Shown here: piece by piece, positions 63,001-64,000 of the stretch
Layout: every line of letters begins with the position of its first letter
Numbering within the stretch: the stretch's first letter is position 1
Assembly: GCF_964355755.1 (NCBI RefSeq)
Contig: NC_092677.1
Coordinates: forward strand, 12,112,101-12,176,100
Reading direction: 5' to 3'
Length of the DNA stretch: 64,000 nt
From: Antedon mediterranea
Taxonomy: Eukaryota; Animalia; Echinodermata
Notes under the pieces: generated by a model
The model's database searches: none
The model's input: the letters and a program-made list of their open reading frames with translations, nothing else
Told to the model about the DNA's origin: nothing
Position numbers and translations under genes: made by a program

Positions 63001-64000
63001 AGATGTAATTATAAATTAGCCGTATAATTTATATACTAAGAAATATACTTGAACAAAAAAGACGAATAATAAAAAAAAAATCTCATTTCGTTTCATTTCC
63101 CAAGGTGAGACTCGATCTCGGTAACTTAAATGCTGTAGACACCAGCACAGACCACCGAGCCATACACAACTGACTAACATTCGAAGAAAGATTCCTATGT
63201 GTATTTACCATTGTGAGCGATAGAGCGATGACAAACACACACACAAACCGAACAATAGAACAGCAACGCGAAAAACACACTGGTGAATTTGAAGAGAAAT
63301 AGGTTTTGTAAACTACTCGCATCAAAAAACCTGTACATTAAATCTAATTATGTTTTAAAATTACAAATCACAAATTATAACACTTGCCTCTTGTACAAAA
63401 ATGAAGTATTTTGGACAAGTAGTTCTCGAGAAAATGCAATTTTAGTAGTTTACTTGTTAATTTAAGACTGCTCACCGGATTTTGATAATTCTGTCCAATC
63501 TTTTAACACTAGCAGGTCTGAACATAATTTTTAAAAGTGGTCCAGAATTGGGACCGTGGTCCAGATTTTAACCAAAATTGGGCAGTGTCGTCCTTGCACC
63601 AGGTGACATGTATGGTATTAATTTGGAGTCATTCGCATCAAAACTGTGAGCGCTAGAGTGATGACAAACAAACAAACAAACAAACAGACAAACAAACAAA
63701 CAAACAAACTAGCCTTCGCGCATAGTGCGATACTTGGCCAAATCAAAATTGGCCTCCTGACAATGACCCAATTTTCACCAAAAGTGTGTGTCTTTTGCTG
63801 TGTGATTTAGGCTAATTTCACTACAATCATGTGTATACGAGTTTGGTGTACAGGTTATGTAACCAGCCTTTCAACGAACAATACCTTCAGTCGGCTAACA
63901 ATAGAACAGCAACGCGAAAAACACACAGGTGAATTTGAAAAGAAATAGGTGGTCCGGATTTTTACCAAAAGTGTGTGTCTTAATGCTGTGTGATTTAAGC
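60054..64000 (-). mobile_element. Tandem array of a second Helentron-like (HINE) family, 620-850 bp units with (ACAA)n
   Basis: Units start on the + strand near 60709, 61551, 62237, 62854 and 63707 with ACTAG, hairpin TCGCG-catag-CGCGA and subTIR TACTTGGCCAA. Terminal IR TACTTGGCCAA...TTGGCCAAGTA near 62204-62233. Confidence 0.7.

Noticed and set aside
60871-63465. Duplicated 60-101 aa ORFs
   Set aside because: Inside the tandem HINE array, with no domain signatures.

Overview
AT-rich eukaryotic DNA, probably a marine invertebrate deuterostome such as an echinoderm (inferred from domain and repeat types only). The minus strand carries about 45 GT-AG exons of a large mosaic extracellular protein gene that is open at both window edges. 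Its 5'->3' order is EGF x2, FN3, CTLD, CTLD with a WxxW domain nested inside, FN3, CTLD x2, FN3, CTLD, degenerate F5/8C, kringle x2, F5/8C x3, EGF x5, F5/8C x2, EGF, F5/8C, CTLD (EPN), Ig-like. The introns hold many mobile elements. The main one is an intact 9.77-kb Ty3/Gypsy LTR retrotransposon with identical-looking 583-bp LTRs, a 4-bp TSD, a -1 frameshift signal, an unusual HHDD RT motif and a third ORF encoding a RING-like protein in the env position. Others are a 5'-truncated L2-type LINE joined through a 76-bp perfect palindrome to a Penelope-like fragment, three minimal hammerhead ribozyme motifs, a 5S+tRNA+Deu-type SINE, tandem Helentron-like arrays, a Helitron and several MITE families. 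All alignments and exon boundaries were made by eye; no database searches were run.
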